NCBI GenBank assembly: GCA_964106645.2
Contig: OZ067040.1
Direction: 5' to 3' (one strand)
Length of the DNA: 64,000 bases
DNA from: Podarcis pityusensis
Lineage: Eukaryota
Both the position numbers and the translations under genes were made by a program. Below, piece by piece: positions 27,001-38,794 of the stretch. Numbering within the stretch: the stretch's first letter is position 1; every line of letters begins with the position of its first letter. Below the pieces are notes generated by a model, which saw only the letters and a list, made by a program, of their open reading frames with translations, was not told the origin of the DNA and did no database searches.

Positions 27001-27750
27001 GTTGTCATTCATCTTCCATCTAAAAGAGCCGGTTGGTAACAGTGTCATATCCATCTTTACTGCATTATGGTCGGAGCAGGTCTTTGGGCAGATTTCCACT
27101 TTTCTAGCCTTAGGTACCAGACCTCTAGATATCCATATTTGGTCGATTCTTGTCCAGGTCAGTTGGGCTTCAGAAAAGAATGTTCCCTCTCTTCCCAGGG
27201 GGTTCTTTGTCCTCCAGATGTCAATCAAATCCATATTGTCTGTCATTTCAAAAAAAGTTTTAGGTAGTCTGCCGTCTTTTGTAACATTTTGACTTTGTGA
27301 CTTGTCCATGTTGGTTGATACGACCCCATTCATATCTCCCATCATAATGATGTTGTTATAGTCCAGATAATCCAGCATAGTCTCATGCAACTTCTTGTAG
27401 AATTCCGATTTCCCTTCGTTTGGTGCATAAATTCCTAATATCAAAAGTTTCTCTCCTTGGTGTTGTATCTCAATTGCCAGAATTCTTCCATGTTCATCTT
27501 TAAATAAGAATTTGGGTGACAGGCTCTCTTTCGCATATATCACCACACCTCTCTTCTTTACTCTGTCCGAAGATATAAATTCCTGGCCAAGTCTTTTGTT
27601 TATTAACACTTTTCTATGGAGCCTTGTCACATGTGTTTCCTGTAAACAAATAATGTCCAATTGTTCTTTTTTTAATATATGAAATATTTTCTTCCTTTTT
27701 TCCGGAATGTTACAGCCATTTATATTCCAGCTCAAAAGTTGCAGAGACAT
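24010..27750 (-). CDS. L1 ORF2p (APE endonuclease, reverse transcriptase, CCHC zinc knuckle), intact, 1246 aa
   Basis: Endonuclease motifs SWNING, LQETH, YAPN, GDMN, RIDQI, SDHN. RT motifs KSPGPDG, YRPISL, DAEKAFD, GTRQGCPISP, FADD. Zinc knuckle CWKC-x8-HLWWTC. Confidence 0.97.
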   Translation of the reverse strand: MSLQLLSWNINGCNIPEKRKKIFHILKKEQLDIICLQETHVTRLHRKVLINKRLGQEFISSDRVKKRGVVIYAKESLSPKFLFKDEHGRILAIEIQHQGEKLLILGIYAPNEGKSEFYKKLHETMLDYLDYNNIIMMGDMNGVVSTNMDKSQSQNVTKDGRLPKTFFEMTDNMDLIDIWRTKNPLGREGTFFSEAQLTWTRIDQIWISRGLVPKARKVEICPKTCSDHNAVKMDMTLLPTGSFRWKMNDNLFRDQEITKKAQKALKDYFEINMNTSVEKRIVWDASKAVMRGFLIQQNAVKKRTQNERKDKILDKIKELEKKLRLNPKSQPTLREIKLYQVQYSKLINQEIEWKVKLMKQKTFESANKCGKLLAWQLKRRQRLNTVTNLEIEGRNIQNPVDIRKCFQRYFKKLYTQGPQDEAEIKQFLAKNGLPKLSQENRTILNCKITPQEIEQAIQNMQLGKSPGPDGLTSKYYKTLKDCLIQPLMEVSNEIMEGKRAPESWKEAFITLIPKSEAEKTQLKNYRPISLLNVDYKIFADILASRLKKVLNEVIHKDQAGFLPGRHLFANTRNIIDILELLQTDINTKAVLIFIDAEKAFDNISWKFMKGNLKEMGVGRGFENGIEAIYSEQKAKLIVNNVVTEEFKIEKGTRQGCPISPLLFISVLEVLLNKIRGDRLVEGIQVGEKQYKLKAFADDLVLTLQEPESSTKRVLQLIHDFGRVAGFKLNKQKTKVLGKNLTDTESERFQKETELNVVKKVKYLGVNITAKNLSLFKDNYEKCWAEIKRDLDSWTKLKLSLLGRIAAIKMNVLPKMLFLFQTLQVVDKTECFQKWQRDISKFVWQGKKPRIKFKILTDAKERGGFALPDLKLYYEAAAFCWLKDWLLLEDTDVLDLEGFNNTFGWHAYLWYDKVKANKAFKNHIVRKSLFNVWTKYKDLLENKTPRWLSPLEAKARKRPNMEAKWPKYWEILEKDGDNWKLQSLEKMKDKVRDWLHYAQIKEVFKNDKKLGFQVEKSKLETELLEPKSKVLSRMYNLLLKWNTQDEMVKSAMIRWAQDIGHNIMFEDWERLWSTGLKCTACNALKENVMKMIYRWYMTPVKLAKIYHLSDNKCWKCKESEGTFFHLWWTCPKVKAFWEMIYNELKKVFKYTFTKKPEAFLLGIVGQGVVKKDWTFFMYATTAARILLAKHWKAQDLPTLEEWQMQLIDYMELAEMTGRIRDLGEEKMEEDWKKFKTYLQKYCNLTEC

Positions 27751-27765
27751 CCTGAATAAATCTGG

Positions 27766-28818
27766 TTATTTTTCTAGGGGTGGTATCTTATTCACAGGAT
27801 CTTCAGGTTCCACAGGTGCCGATGCTGCCGGTACTCCAGGCCCAAGGGGTAGTTCAATTCCTTTTTGAAGGTCCTCTCCGTATGTAGACAGAAATTTGTC
27901 TCTATCTTCCAGTGTTCTAATTTTAACCTTCTTCCCTCTGAAGGTAAAGGATATTCCTTGAGGAAATTCCCACCTAAAAGCAATTGAGTTGCTCCTTAGA
28001 AGTTTGACAAGTTCAGAGTAGGCGGATCTAAGGTCCAACAGTTGTCTAGGAATATCTTTGTAAATTTCAATTCTTCTGTCCAAAATGTCCAGTGTCTTTT
28101 CGTAGTGTAGGCCCAAAATCTTATCCCTTTCTTCCTTTGATCTCAATGTTATCAAACAGTCTCTGGGCCTCTCCTTCTTTGTAAATCTTCCAAGCCTGAA
28201 AGCTGACACAATTTTAAAATCCTTTCCCTCTAAATTCCAAAACTTGGAAAATTCTTTAGTTAAGAACTCAGCTAGGTTACCTCCTTCTGCTTCTTGTACC
28301 GACCTAATCCTTAAGTTGTTCTCACGGTTTCACAGTTCTATCATAGAAAGGTAAATCTGATGTTCACCTACTTGTTTGCAGAGTGGTCTTACCTCTTGTT
28401 CCAAATTTTCAAGCTTTTGTCTAGTATCCTCAGCCAATTTCCGATTTTCTGCTGTAGCCTCCGTCAACTGTCCAATTGCCTGTACGTTCTGTGCAACTTG
28501 TCCAGTTAATCTATTTAAACATTCTGTATTTTGATCAATCTTAGCTGTTTGCTCATCTGCTTTCTTATCCAAAGATTCCACTCTCTTATCCAGGGATTCC
28601 AATTTTTCATAGATTTTCTCTAGGATAGAAGCAGATGATCCTGAGGCCATATCTTCCAATTGTAACTGCTCTGTTTCTCCCTCCCTTGCCTGTGGCAGAG
28701 CGGCTTCTTCTATCTCTGAAGGCAGAGTAGGTACAGATGATCTACGTATCTGCGAGACTGAGGTTAGGGTTGTCAGAGTTGTTTGTCTGGTTCTTCCCCT
28801 TCTTCTTGTGCCACTCAT
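27766..28818 (-). pseudogene. L1 ORF1p (coiled coil, RRM, CTD; ~350 codons) interrupted by one in-frame TGA at 28330-28332
   Basis: ORFs 28330-28818 and 27766-28209 are in the same frame. Reading through gives IEL*NRENNLRIRSVQE, the L1 ORF1 RxNNLRI motif, then AFRLG...RPR and FRWEFP. Heptad repeats in the N-terminal half. Confidence 0.9.
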
Positions 28819-29845
28819 TCCAAAGTTATCTAAAAGTCAAGGTCACGCTGAGTTATTCCCACGGGAACAGTAGAGTCCAGAGACAGAAGGCCAGGAAAGG
28901 GAAAATAAATGTACAGTCACTGTTGTAAGTCTCAAATCCTCTAGAGGGAGCTTAAGGTGTCTTTAGGGAAGAATTCTAGTAAAATTAAAGTCCAATTTAA
29001 AGTCCAAAAACCTTCAAAAACAATATTTGGCAGAGTTGATGTTAACAGTCACTTTGTTTCTACCAGTGCTTACTGGTCTATCAAAAGATGTTTCAAAATA
29101 GCAAGTCCAAATACCCTCAGATTGTTACCAGTTCTGATACACAATAGCCAAATCTGCAAAACTGACAGCTCAGTCTCTCAGAGAGCTCAGGCAGCTCCGG
29201 ACCCTGGGTTTCTCATTCCAATTGTAATTCCAATAGAAGAAAGGTAGATCAATACAAATAAAAGGTATCAAATCATAAGCTTAAAGTCTTTACTTTGTTT
29301 AGCAAATTCAGTGGGTGCTCAGATCAATAAGGTTGAAAGTTCCTTTTTAAGCCTCCACTCCTCCAGCTCTTTGCTTTTTAGAGTTCAATGGCAGCGGAAG
29401 ACGGACTTCCTGTTTCCACATCTCTCCGCTTTCAGCCAAGTTCAATGTTTTGATTGCAACTTTTAGTCTCAAATTTAAAGATATACAGTCTTTACTCACA
29501 AGTAAGTTGTTGCTTTCTTCCGAATTAAGAATTTGCAGGAAAAGGGATCAGCGCTCACCGGCAGCAGCAGCGCGGCTTCGCTCCGCAGATCGCGAAACGG
29601 CTCACAGCGCCGCAACCCCCCTCCACGTTCCGGAGCCCCTTACGGGGTTCCTTTGCCGTTTGGAAGGTCGCTTCTGGCGCCCACTGAGCCTCAGGACCAC
29701 AGGCTCTTGCTGCCTGTGGGTTTCCGTAGTGGGTCTCCGCTTCGCCGTAGCGGACGACCCTTTTCTGCAGAGCCTCCTCCTCGCTAATGGAAGAGGACCG
29801 CCATTGCCGTTCGCGCCGCCCCCGGAAGTCCTCCATAAATTATTA

Positions 29846-30313
29846 TTATTAATAATAATAATAATAAATTTTAATTTATACCCCGCCCTCCCCAGCCAAA
29901 GCTGGGCTCAGTGCGGCTAACAACCAATAATAAAACAAGTTGAATGAATACAACTTAAAAACAAGATTAAAATACAACATTAAAACATTAAAATGCAGCC
30001 TCATTACAGGAGGAGAAAGGAAAAAAGAAAGAGGGGGAGGGAATCAAATTGTCTCCAAGCCAAAGGCCAGGTGGAACAACTCTGTCTTACAGGCCCTGCG
30101 GAAAGAAATCAGATCCTGCAGGGCCCTGGTCTCATGAGACAGAGCGTTCCACTAGGCTGGAGCCAGTATTGAAAAGCCCTGGCTCTGGTTGAGGCTAATC
30201 TAACTTCCTTAGGACCCGGGACCTCTAGGGTGTTGATATTTATGGACCTTAAGGTCCTCCGTGGGGCATACCAGGAGAGGCGGTCCCGTAGGTACGAGGG
30301 TTCTAGGCCGTGA
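29846..30313 (-). mobile_element. 5'-truncated L2 LINE 3' end with (TTA/TAA)n tail; target of the L1 insertion
   Basis: Minus strand translates approximately RAFSILAPA*WNALSHETRALQDLISFRRACKTELFHLAF, an L2 ORF2 C-terminus. The same 3' end recurs at ~41410-41600. Confidence 0.75.
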
Positions 30314-31849
30314 AGTGACCACTTGTCACTTCAAGTATGAGCATGAAATGAATGAATGAATGAATGAATGAATAGGGATATCAATTGTTCATAGGAAGGT
30401 CACATTATGAGATTTGTTTACTAAGCCCCAGCATCTGGTGAAAAATATAGTGTACTAGGGTGATCATAGCACCTGGTCACATGATAAAGCTAGTTTCTAT
30501 CAGTTTCCCACATTCTTCCACATACCCTTTGGTAATTGTACAAATGGACTTCTCCTGGTAAAAAGTCATGTGTCTCCATCCCCCAAAGTATTTTGTTCTT
30601 GTAGCTATCTGGACATTCTAGTGAGTTATTTTGCTCTTGAAGTGGGGATAGTCCCACAAATAAGCTTCTTCTGCGCAGGTTCCATGGGAAGCCTTAAGTT
30701 ATGAGTCTCAGCTAGCTCCTTCTCCTGTCTGTAGTCCATAAATATTCCCAGGCTGCACTCTTCTTTTGCAAAGGAAATTTATGGTTTGCTGAGTTCATTT
30801 CTGAAGAACAAACAAGCATAAATCCAGGTCTAAATGACGGCTTGTTCCAAACGTTGTTCTCCGTAGGCTGAAATTGCTGTTGCCAATAACTACACAACCA
30901 AGGACTGCTATAAATCCCAGGCCACGTGGATTTATGTTGGCAGTGGAAATGCAGTGTTGGGTGGGTAGGCAAGACATACTATAGGGTGATCAAGAGTCAG
31001 GACTGAAGTTGGAGCTAGCATACATGTTTCCTAGTCGGTTTGCTAATTTTCTTATAGGACAGATTTTCTAAGGACAGATTGTGCGTGTGTGAAGGAGAAT
31101 GGCCACTGTGTTTGAGGTCAGAAATGAATTTGATCCATGTTCTGATTTCTTGGAGACGGTGGAGCATATGGGCAGTCATCTAGACTCTTGAATTCTTTGC
31201 GTCCAGTCCAGACAAAGACAGTTCCAACCAACAGTCAGAGGCAATATGCTTTTGAATACCAGTACAAGTGGAGAGGGTGCTGTTGCACTCAGGATCTGCT
31301 TGTGGCCATCCCATGGCCATCAGGTTGGTCAGTGTTAAAACAGGATGCTGGACTAGATAGACCTTTGGGCTCCTCTTACATTCTTACGTTATGTTCTTAA
31401 TTTCCATAGAAATTAAAAGGATTTAAGTGCAACATGTGTTGTCTTCACACATTACTCATGGGGAGAAGGTTAAAATGGTGACAGTGGCTATGGGGGCCAA
31501 GCACTCCAAAGCCACACTGTTCCTCCTGCCCTTCCTGTGTTCATCATGACTTGTGTAGTGAGGAGCCTTCCTTAACTTGAGGAGGCTCCCTGTGCAACTT
31601 AGAAAACGGAGTTCCCAAGGATTGGTTTTGGGACGTGTGCTTTTTAATTTGTTCATCATACATCTAGAGCTAGTGGTGAGCAGTGAAGGTGGCCATGTTT
31701 GCTGATGATACCAAAATGTTCTGGAAACCCAAAGCCAAAAAAAGATTGTGAAGAGTGACAAAAGGACCTCTCCAAACTAAGTGAAAGGGCAATAAAATGG
31801 CAAATGCAATTCAGCGTAAATAAGTGTAAAATGATGCATGTCAGGGCAA

Positions 31850-31896
<47 letters not shown>
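31850..31896. repeat. (TAA)n microsatellite; others are (TTA)n ~33417-33455, (TAA)n ~41411-41448, (CAGT)n ~20551-20583 and (GAAT)n ~30350-30373
   Basis: Directly visible. Confidence 0.9.
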
Positions 31897-31897
<1 letters not shown>

Positions 31898-32101
31898 TTC
31901 ACCATGGAACTGTAGCAGATAGCTTGATATTGATGGTTGAACCAGTGTGCAGCAGTTGTGAAAAAGGCAAATTCCATGTTTGGGATGATTAGGAAAGGAA
32001 GTGAAAAAAAGAACTGCTAGTATCATAACAAACAAAACTGTGGTACAACCACATTTGGAATTCTGTATACCATTCTGGTCACCTCACTTTAAAAAAAGAT
32101 A

Positions 32102-32343
32102 CAGTGGTACCTCGGGTTAAGTACTTAATTCGTTCCGGAGGTCCGTTCTTAACCTGAAACTGTTCTTAACCTGAAGCACCACTTTAGCTAATGGGGCCTC
32201 CTGCTGCTGCCGCGCCGCCAGAGCACGATTTCTGTTCTCATCCAGAAGCAAAGTTCTTAACCCGAGGTAATATTTCTGGGTTAGTGGAGTCTGTAACCTG
32301 AAGCATATGTAACCTGAAGCGTATGTAACCTGAGGTACTACTG
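32102..32343. mobile_element. Tigger/pogo-like MITE, same family, inserted in CR1
   Basis: Same TIRs, TA duplication, 242 bp. Confidence 0.9.
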
Positions 32344-33413
32344 TATTGTGAAATTGGAAAAGTTCAGAAAAGGACAACCAGAATAATCAAAGGTAGACCA
32401 ACTTCCCTATGTAGAAAGGTTGCAGAGTTGGGGGCTTTTATGTTTAGAGAAAATAAAGTAAGAGGTGACATAAATTTATAAAATTATGCCTAGATGGAGA
32501 AAATGGATAAAGTTCTTCTCCCTGCCTCATAACACACCAGAGCATATTGATAGCCAATGAAGCTGAACGCTGGAAGATTTAGGACAGAGAAAAGGAAGTA
32601 CTTTTCCAAACAGTGAATAGTTAAACTGTGAAATTCGCTCCCACATGAGGCAGTGATGGCCACCAAGTTGGATGGCTTTAGAAGAGGAACAGACAGATTC
32701 ATGGAGGAATAAGGCTATATGAGTGGCTACTAACCTTGATGGATGTGTTCTGCCTCCACAACTGGAGGTAGCAAGCTTCTGAATACCAGTTGCTGTAAAC
32801 TGCAGGAGGGGAGGGTGTGGTTGTACTCAGGTCCTTCTTGTGGGCTTCCCATAGGCATATGGTTGGCCAATGTGAGAACAGGATGCTGGTCTAGACGAGT
32901 CACTTGCGTGATCCAGTAGGCTGTTCTTAAGACAGCTGTTTCAGAAAAGTTGCAGTTCCTGGAAACTCAGCTGACATAAGATAGAAGGATGTCTCATACT
33001 GTCTCATACGGAGGTCCACTTAGAGCGGTATGGCTTATTCATTTCTGACCGTCGTCATTGGCTGTGAAGGTAACAGACAGAACGTATTTACCTGCGTCTT
33101 AATCAGAATCACCAGATTTTAAAGCTGGGACCTTAAACATGCAAATCATGTGCAATGCCATTGAGATCTGGCTCATCCTCTCTAGAATGCCATCTTAATT
33201 GCTGCATGTGTCTGTCAAAATCAGTGAACAAGGACATACATAGTGACATGCATTTATTGTGCTGCCTCTAGATTATGAATCTCCCTTCCCCCAGGCAGTC
33301 ACTTTTACAGTTATCTTTTGGAAGCAGTGTAAAGTATTTCTCTTTGGACTAGCTTTTAACAGCCAGGGTGATGCTTTTAGCACATTTTATAATGTGTTTC
33401 CTTTTGCTTGGTG

Positions 33414-33456
<43 letters not shown>

Positions 33457-34683
33457 GCAATTCTTGAATATTTAGTTGTCCACTTGTCCATTTTAATTTG
33501 CAATCCACTTTTAGCTCAGTGATGAGTATGATGGAGTTTTAAATAAATACAAAAAGAATGTGGAAAGTTTTTGGTTTGTTTTTTTTCAAAAAGAGTTTAC
33601 CTCCCAGGTCCCTTAAACATTTGCCCCTTCACAATTCATAGCAGTCAAGAATCAACTGGAAAAAAGCAAAGCTAAGAAAACAGAAAACAGAAAATCAATT
33701 TTTTGTTTGACACTCTCTGTTTTCTGATGGTGATGATGTGTGTGCAGAGCCAGACAACATTGTTATTTCAGTGATGAATGAAAAGAATAGTTGCTGGCTT
33801 CAGCGGGATGAATAAGTGCTTTGAAATGCTAATATAAGAAATAGAAGAGATGTGCAATGTATTCATTATTGATGATCATTCACTTATTAGTACAGTATCC
33901 ATAAAGACTTTACTTCACCTTTAAAACTGCCTTTGAAATTCATTTTAAACCAAGCACAATACATGTGTACTCCCCCTTTTCCCTTTGTCGTTCTGAAAAG
34001 AGAACCAACATGTGATTGAAAGGTGTTTAACCAGATCTATTTTCAGTAGAGGCAAAGAAAAGGGATGTGCTGTAGGGAAGCAATGCTTACCTTTACCTGC
34101 ACCTAGGGATGGGATAGAAATTTGATTCAATTCACACTTAAAGGCGAATCTACCCAATTCACAATTCCTGAAGCAATAAAACAAACTGAAACACATCTAG
34201 TTTGGGAGATCTGCTCATCTCGGGATTTTGCAGTGCAATTCTACAAGCAAGTCATGTGTACAGTTATGCATATACTAGGGTAAAGTGTACATAAAAATGT
34301 ATATAAGTGAAAATAGCATATCTTAGGGAAAGCTGCATACAAAAATGTGTTAGGAAAAATCCACACTAAACTGCTAGTGAATTTTCATGAGGACTTTAAA
34401 AATAAAATGGGGGAAAGGTGGAGAGCCGGATTTGAGATTGAAAAAATGAGAATTTGAGAGATCCGCTTTTCTCTAGATACAGATAACTTTCTGTCTCTTT
34501 CTGAAGGCAGCCCTGTATAGGGAATATTTCAGTGTTTGATGAATCTTTTATATTTGTTTGAAGCTACATGGAGTAGCTGGGGCAACCCAGTCAGATGGGG
34601 GCGGGGGAGAAATATTAAAGTTGTTGTTGTTTATTTTCTTGGTTTATAACAATGTCCAAACAATGTGTTTCTGTCCCTTTCAG

Positions 34684-34770
34684 ATAATCTTCTTCTGCTT
34701 CAAACATTTGCCAGCAGGGTGCGCTTCACCAGTGGTCGAGCTCTGCAGGGGATCACAGACCACCTGTCAG
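34684..34770 (+). CDS. TOGARAM2: TOGARAM2 penultimate coding exon
   Basis: tttcag|AT...CAG|gtaaca; DNLLLLQTFASRVRFTSGRALQGITDHLS. Confidence 0.92.
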
Positions 34771-35146
34771 GTAACAAATGACTTCACTAAACTGCAGTAC
34801 ACATGGCAATGAACAAACCAATAGCTTGTATAACAGCAGGAGGCAAAGGGCTTCTTTCTTCACAGCACAATTTCTTTTATTGTCGTTTACACCTTTTTGA
34901 AGTGGAAGTGAGGGCTGCTTCTTGTCTTGTCTTTAGAGTGTATGCATGTATGTGTATATATATATATCTCACTATACAGTTTACTGTTACATATGAAGCA
35001 GAAAACTGGTTTAATCATAAACTACTAACAAGGATATCAAATAACAATTTGTTGGCAAAGCCACATTAAACCACAGTTTCCTAGTTCAACTGTAATGAGA
35101 AACTGGTTTAACAAACTGGAAGTTTTCTATTGTGGGTTATGAGAGA

Positions 35147-35505
35147 GGTAAAAGGCAAAGGTAAAGGACCCATGGACAGTTAAGTCCAGTCAGAGGTGAC
35201 TATGGGGTGCAGGACTCATCTTGCTTCAGGTCGAGGGAGCCAGTGTTTGTCCACAGACAGCTTTCTGGGTCATGTGGCCAGCATGACTAAACCGCTTCTG
35301 GTGCAACAGGACAGCGTGACGAGTGCCAGAGCACATGGAAATGCCTTTTACCTTCCTGCCACAGTGATACCTATTTAGCTACTTGTACTGGCATGCTTTC
35401 AAACTGCTAGGTTGGCAGGAGCTGGGAGAGAGCAAAGGGAGTTCACTCTGTTGCACGGATTTGAACCACTGACCTTCTGATCTACAAGTGCAAGAGGCTC
35501 AGTGG
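35147..35505 (-). mobile_element. Sauria SINE (5' end clipped)
   Basis: ggtaaaaggcaaaggtaaaggacc tail; body homologous to the 6362 and 50968 copies. Confidence 0.85.
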
Positions 35506-36895
35506 GTACCTTCATCCTCAGTCAAACAAACCATTGTTTATTAGTTTCTTACATTCAAACTGGGTCACTTTTATGCACACACATGAGAGAATAATCATTT
35601 CAGAAAGCACACCTGTGCCTTTTAAATGTAAACTACAAAGCCACTTGCCACAGCAGCAGAAATTGTGACCACATTCCCAATGAATTTCTGATACTAGACC
35701 TGAGATCAGACTTTTTGTATCGTGACCCCACAGAACAGACTCAAGCCCCCAGGCATGAAAGCAGCTCTCCTAATATCAAAGGTTTCCGTAAATTTTCCTT
35801 CAGACATTTTGATTTTTGCAATCAACCTTTGACTCCAAAACTTGTTAAATCATTCTTTGTGAGCCCCTGACCACATGGCAGGACTCATAGAGCGCTTGTC
35901 GCTTCTTCATCAGATATCACCCAAAGGTCATTGGTGTCACAGGAGTTTGACCCATCATGTACCCGTTAAGAGTTGCAGTCTGGGAATTTGATATGGCCAT
36001 TTTAGACAGCTCAATACACGAAATAAATAACCAAGCCATCTATCATGGCATAGGTCACTAAAACCCAACAGCGTTCTAGAGCTATATATTTCCTGAGGAA
36101 ATGTAGCATCAAAGTCTCTGGTTTCTAAGAATGATGGTCACTTAAGACCAGGAGCTCTTCCATTTAGTAACATTTACCTAATGAGAAAAGTCATCTATTC
36201 TATCTATCATTTTCTGTACTCTGCTTCCAGAGACTATAGCCAAATGCATTTTTTATACAGTAAAAATGAACGGTAGTGGAAAAATTGAAGAGTTATCAGG
36301 TATTGGGGTGTAGGATGTATGTGTTTATGCTTACCTTATTAATTGTGAGAGGTGGAAAAAGCATAATAAGAGTAGCACAATTCTCCATGCACACAGGTCA
36401 GTAAGGAATGCCCATGGGCCTATGAAATATTCTGGGGTCTCCTGAGTGTCCCAGGAAGTGTTGCGGGGGTAGAAACCTGCATGTAGACAGCCTGGTGCTA
36501 TCAGAAGGTGCAACCCCCTGACCTTCACTTCTGAAAAATTATTCTAAGTCTTCCTACCCCTGCCCTCTGGTGGGACATCTTTTATTTACCACCACCCCTC
36601 TCAAATGGCCAAAAATAGTTCTGACAAAAGGTTCACCCCTGCCCTAATTCCTTGCACAAGATGGCTATGCTTCTTGGATAACTAAAACAACACTGGGACT
36701 GAGGCTCTGTGTATGTTTAGGACAGTTTTCAGTGGGTATCTGCAGAGCCAGCGTCAAACGTCAGCATGATTGAGCATTGGCCCAAGGGGTCCCACTAACA
36801 AAAGCCCCCTGGACCCCCACTGAAAGAGGTGGCTCATGGAGGGTATCTTGCCCAAGGGCCCTCCAAAACCCAGAACCAATTTGGGACATGTGTGA

Positions 36896-37264
<369 letters not shown>

Positions 37265-37583
37265 AGGAGACACAGTACCATCTCTGGGACAATCTACTGT
37301 TTCCACTTCAAGAGAGATCAGAAAAAGAAGTTGCGGACAATGATACAGTGCTTGCCATTATTTATGTTATTTTTGAATATAATAACTAACTATGAAGAGT
37401 TTATAGTAATATTCCACTATGGAAAGTGTATATAATATATTTTGCAGTAGAATTAAATCCCGTATTTTTCTAAATCTTAATTTCCTCAACTTTTGTCTCA
37501 TAGAGACTTACAAGTTATTATTTTTAAAAATCTGTGTACAATTGTAATTTTTATCTGTATAAAGCAAAGCACTTTATTTATGT

Positions 37584-37589
37584 AATAAA
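37584..37589 (+). terminator. Likely TOGARAM2 polyadenylation signal (AATAAA); alternative ATTAAA at 37452
   Basis: AATAAA at the end of a ~320-nt AU-rich stretch after the stop codon. Confidence 0.55.
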
Positions 37590-38436
37590 TATGTGTCAAA
37601 GGAGGGGCAAGGGTGACAGAGATGAACTTCAGTGGGCAACATGTTATACCATAGGGGGTTTGCCAATGCAATTGGGCATGTTTTTTTCCCTTTTGGATTA
37701 CATAGTGATCTGCGATTGATGGCCTGGGTGTTTCCTGTTTGTGTTCCTACTGCACCAGGTGCACATCCACCCCATACATTTACAGCACATGGCTACCCTC
37801 AAAGAACACTGGGAACTGTTATTTACCCCTCACAGAGCTACAGTTCCCAGCACTCACGTCAAACCACAGTTCCTAGGGGTGGAGCCTTGCTCAGCCAGAC
37901 TTGTAGCCAGGTTCTGTGTGACAGAACTAGCTGGGAGCCAAAGGATCTAGGATCATCACAAGAATGCAGTGAGGGAAAAGAATTAAAAGCCCGGAGCTGA
38001 ACCAACTGTTGGTTTCACCCAACTGCTGCTTCAAGTATTAGAGAGCTGAGTAATGTTAAATTCTGTCCAATAAGTTACCGTGATCGTGGTGGTGGCAGCA
38101 GGGCAGCAGAATGAGCAGGAGGGCTTCCAAATGCAGTGGGCCTGATTTAATATATAATATTATATGTCCCTATAGGTAGAGTAGTGCCCGGTCTTGAAAT
38201 CTGCCATTGACAGGATTCACACCCCATGAGCTCTCATAATTTGTGTGTTATGCCTGAGGCCTAGTTCCCTCTGTGGTGGTAAACCCATACTTTGCAGATG
38301 GCAGGAGAGGCCTCATGTGACTAGATGTGTCTTCAAAGAAAAAATTATAGCAAATGAAGCAGTAAGAAGAAGTGCCTAGCCAGTTCTCCATGTGCATGTT
38401 TTTGGTTTTGGTATGGAGAACATTTCAGTCATGCGC

Positions 38437-38794
38437 TGTCAGGAGTGTGTGCAGGAGCCGGACCCTGTGACTGGTAGGGCCTCGCAGGACTGGGGCCTTC
38501 CTGAGCTTGGCCTGGAAGGGCAAGGCATGGCCGCACAGGTGAGGCTTGACAGAAGACTTGTAGCACCTGTGGCAAGGGCCGGGAGGGGTATATAAGACCA
38601 GCATTTCCCTCTGGCTCTTCGCCACGGCAACACGCTACCCACCTAGTTGTGTTTCAGCTTTCTGACGCCAGATATCCTGACTCTTGGACCCTTAGCTTCC
38701 TGACCCCTGGACTGCTGATTCCTGCTTCCCGACCTCTACCCCGGTCCTGACATACCAAGCCGGGACTCCAACTGCCGTAACCCGGACCGTGACA
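38437..38794 (+). mobile_element. Solo LTR (Gypsy-like), 358 bp
   Basis: TGTCAGG...CGTGACA inverted termini, 5-bp TSD tgcgc (38432-38436, 38795-38799), TATATAA at 38589-38595. Confidence 0.8.

Larger units (their letters stand above)
23700..29833 (-). mobile_element. Full-length L1 (LINE-1) retrotransposon, antisense within a TOGARAM2 intron
   Basis: CpG-rich 5' end starting GAGGACTTCCGG, ~1-kb 5'UTR, ORF1, 15-nt spacer, ORF2, ~300-nt 3'UTR with AATAAA (23728-23733) and A14 tail (23700-23713). Flanking direct repeat cataaattatta at 23679-23690 and 29834-29845. Confidence 0.95.
31608..32930 (+). mobile_element. Degenerate CR1 LINE fragment (RT core to 3' end), interrupted by a (TAA)n run and a MITE
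   Basis: Remnants of GVPQG.VLG.VLFNLFI, FADDTK, KWQMQF, and KKDIVKLEK split by the MITE. Confidence 0.8.

Noticed and set aside
29450-29920. 156-aa antisense ORF in the L1 5'UTR as an ORF0 analogue
   Set aside because: Non-ATG start, GC-rich stop-poor sequence, and it runs out of the element into a microsatellite.
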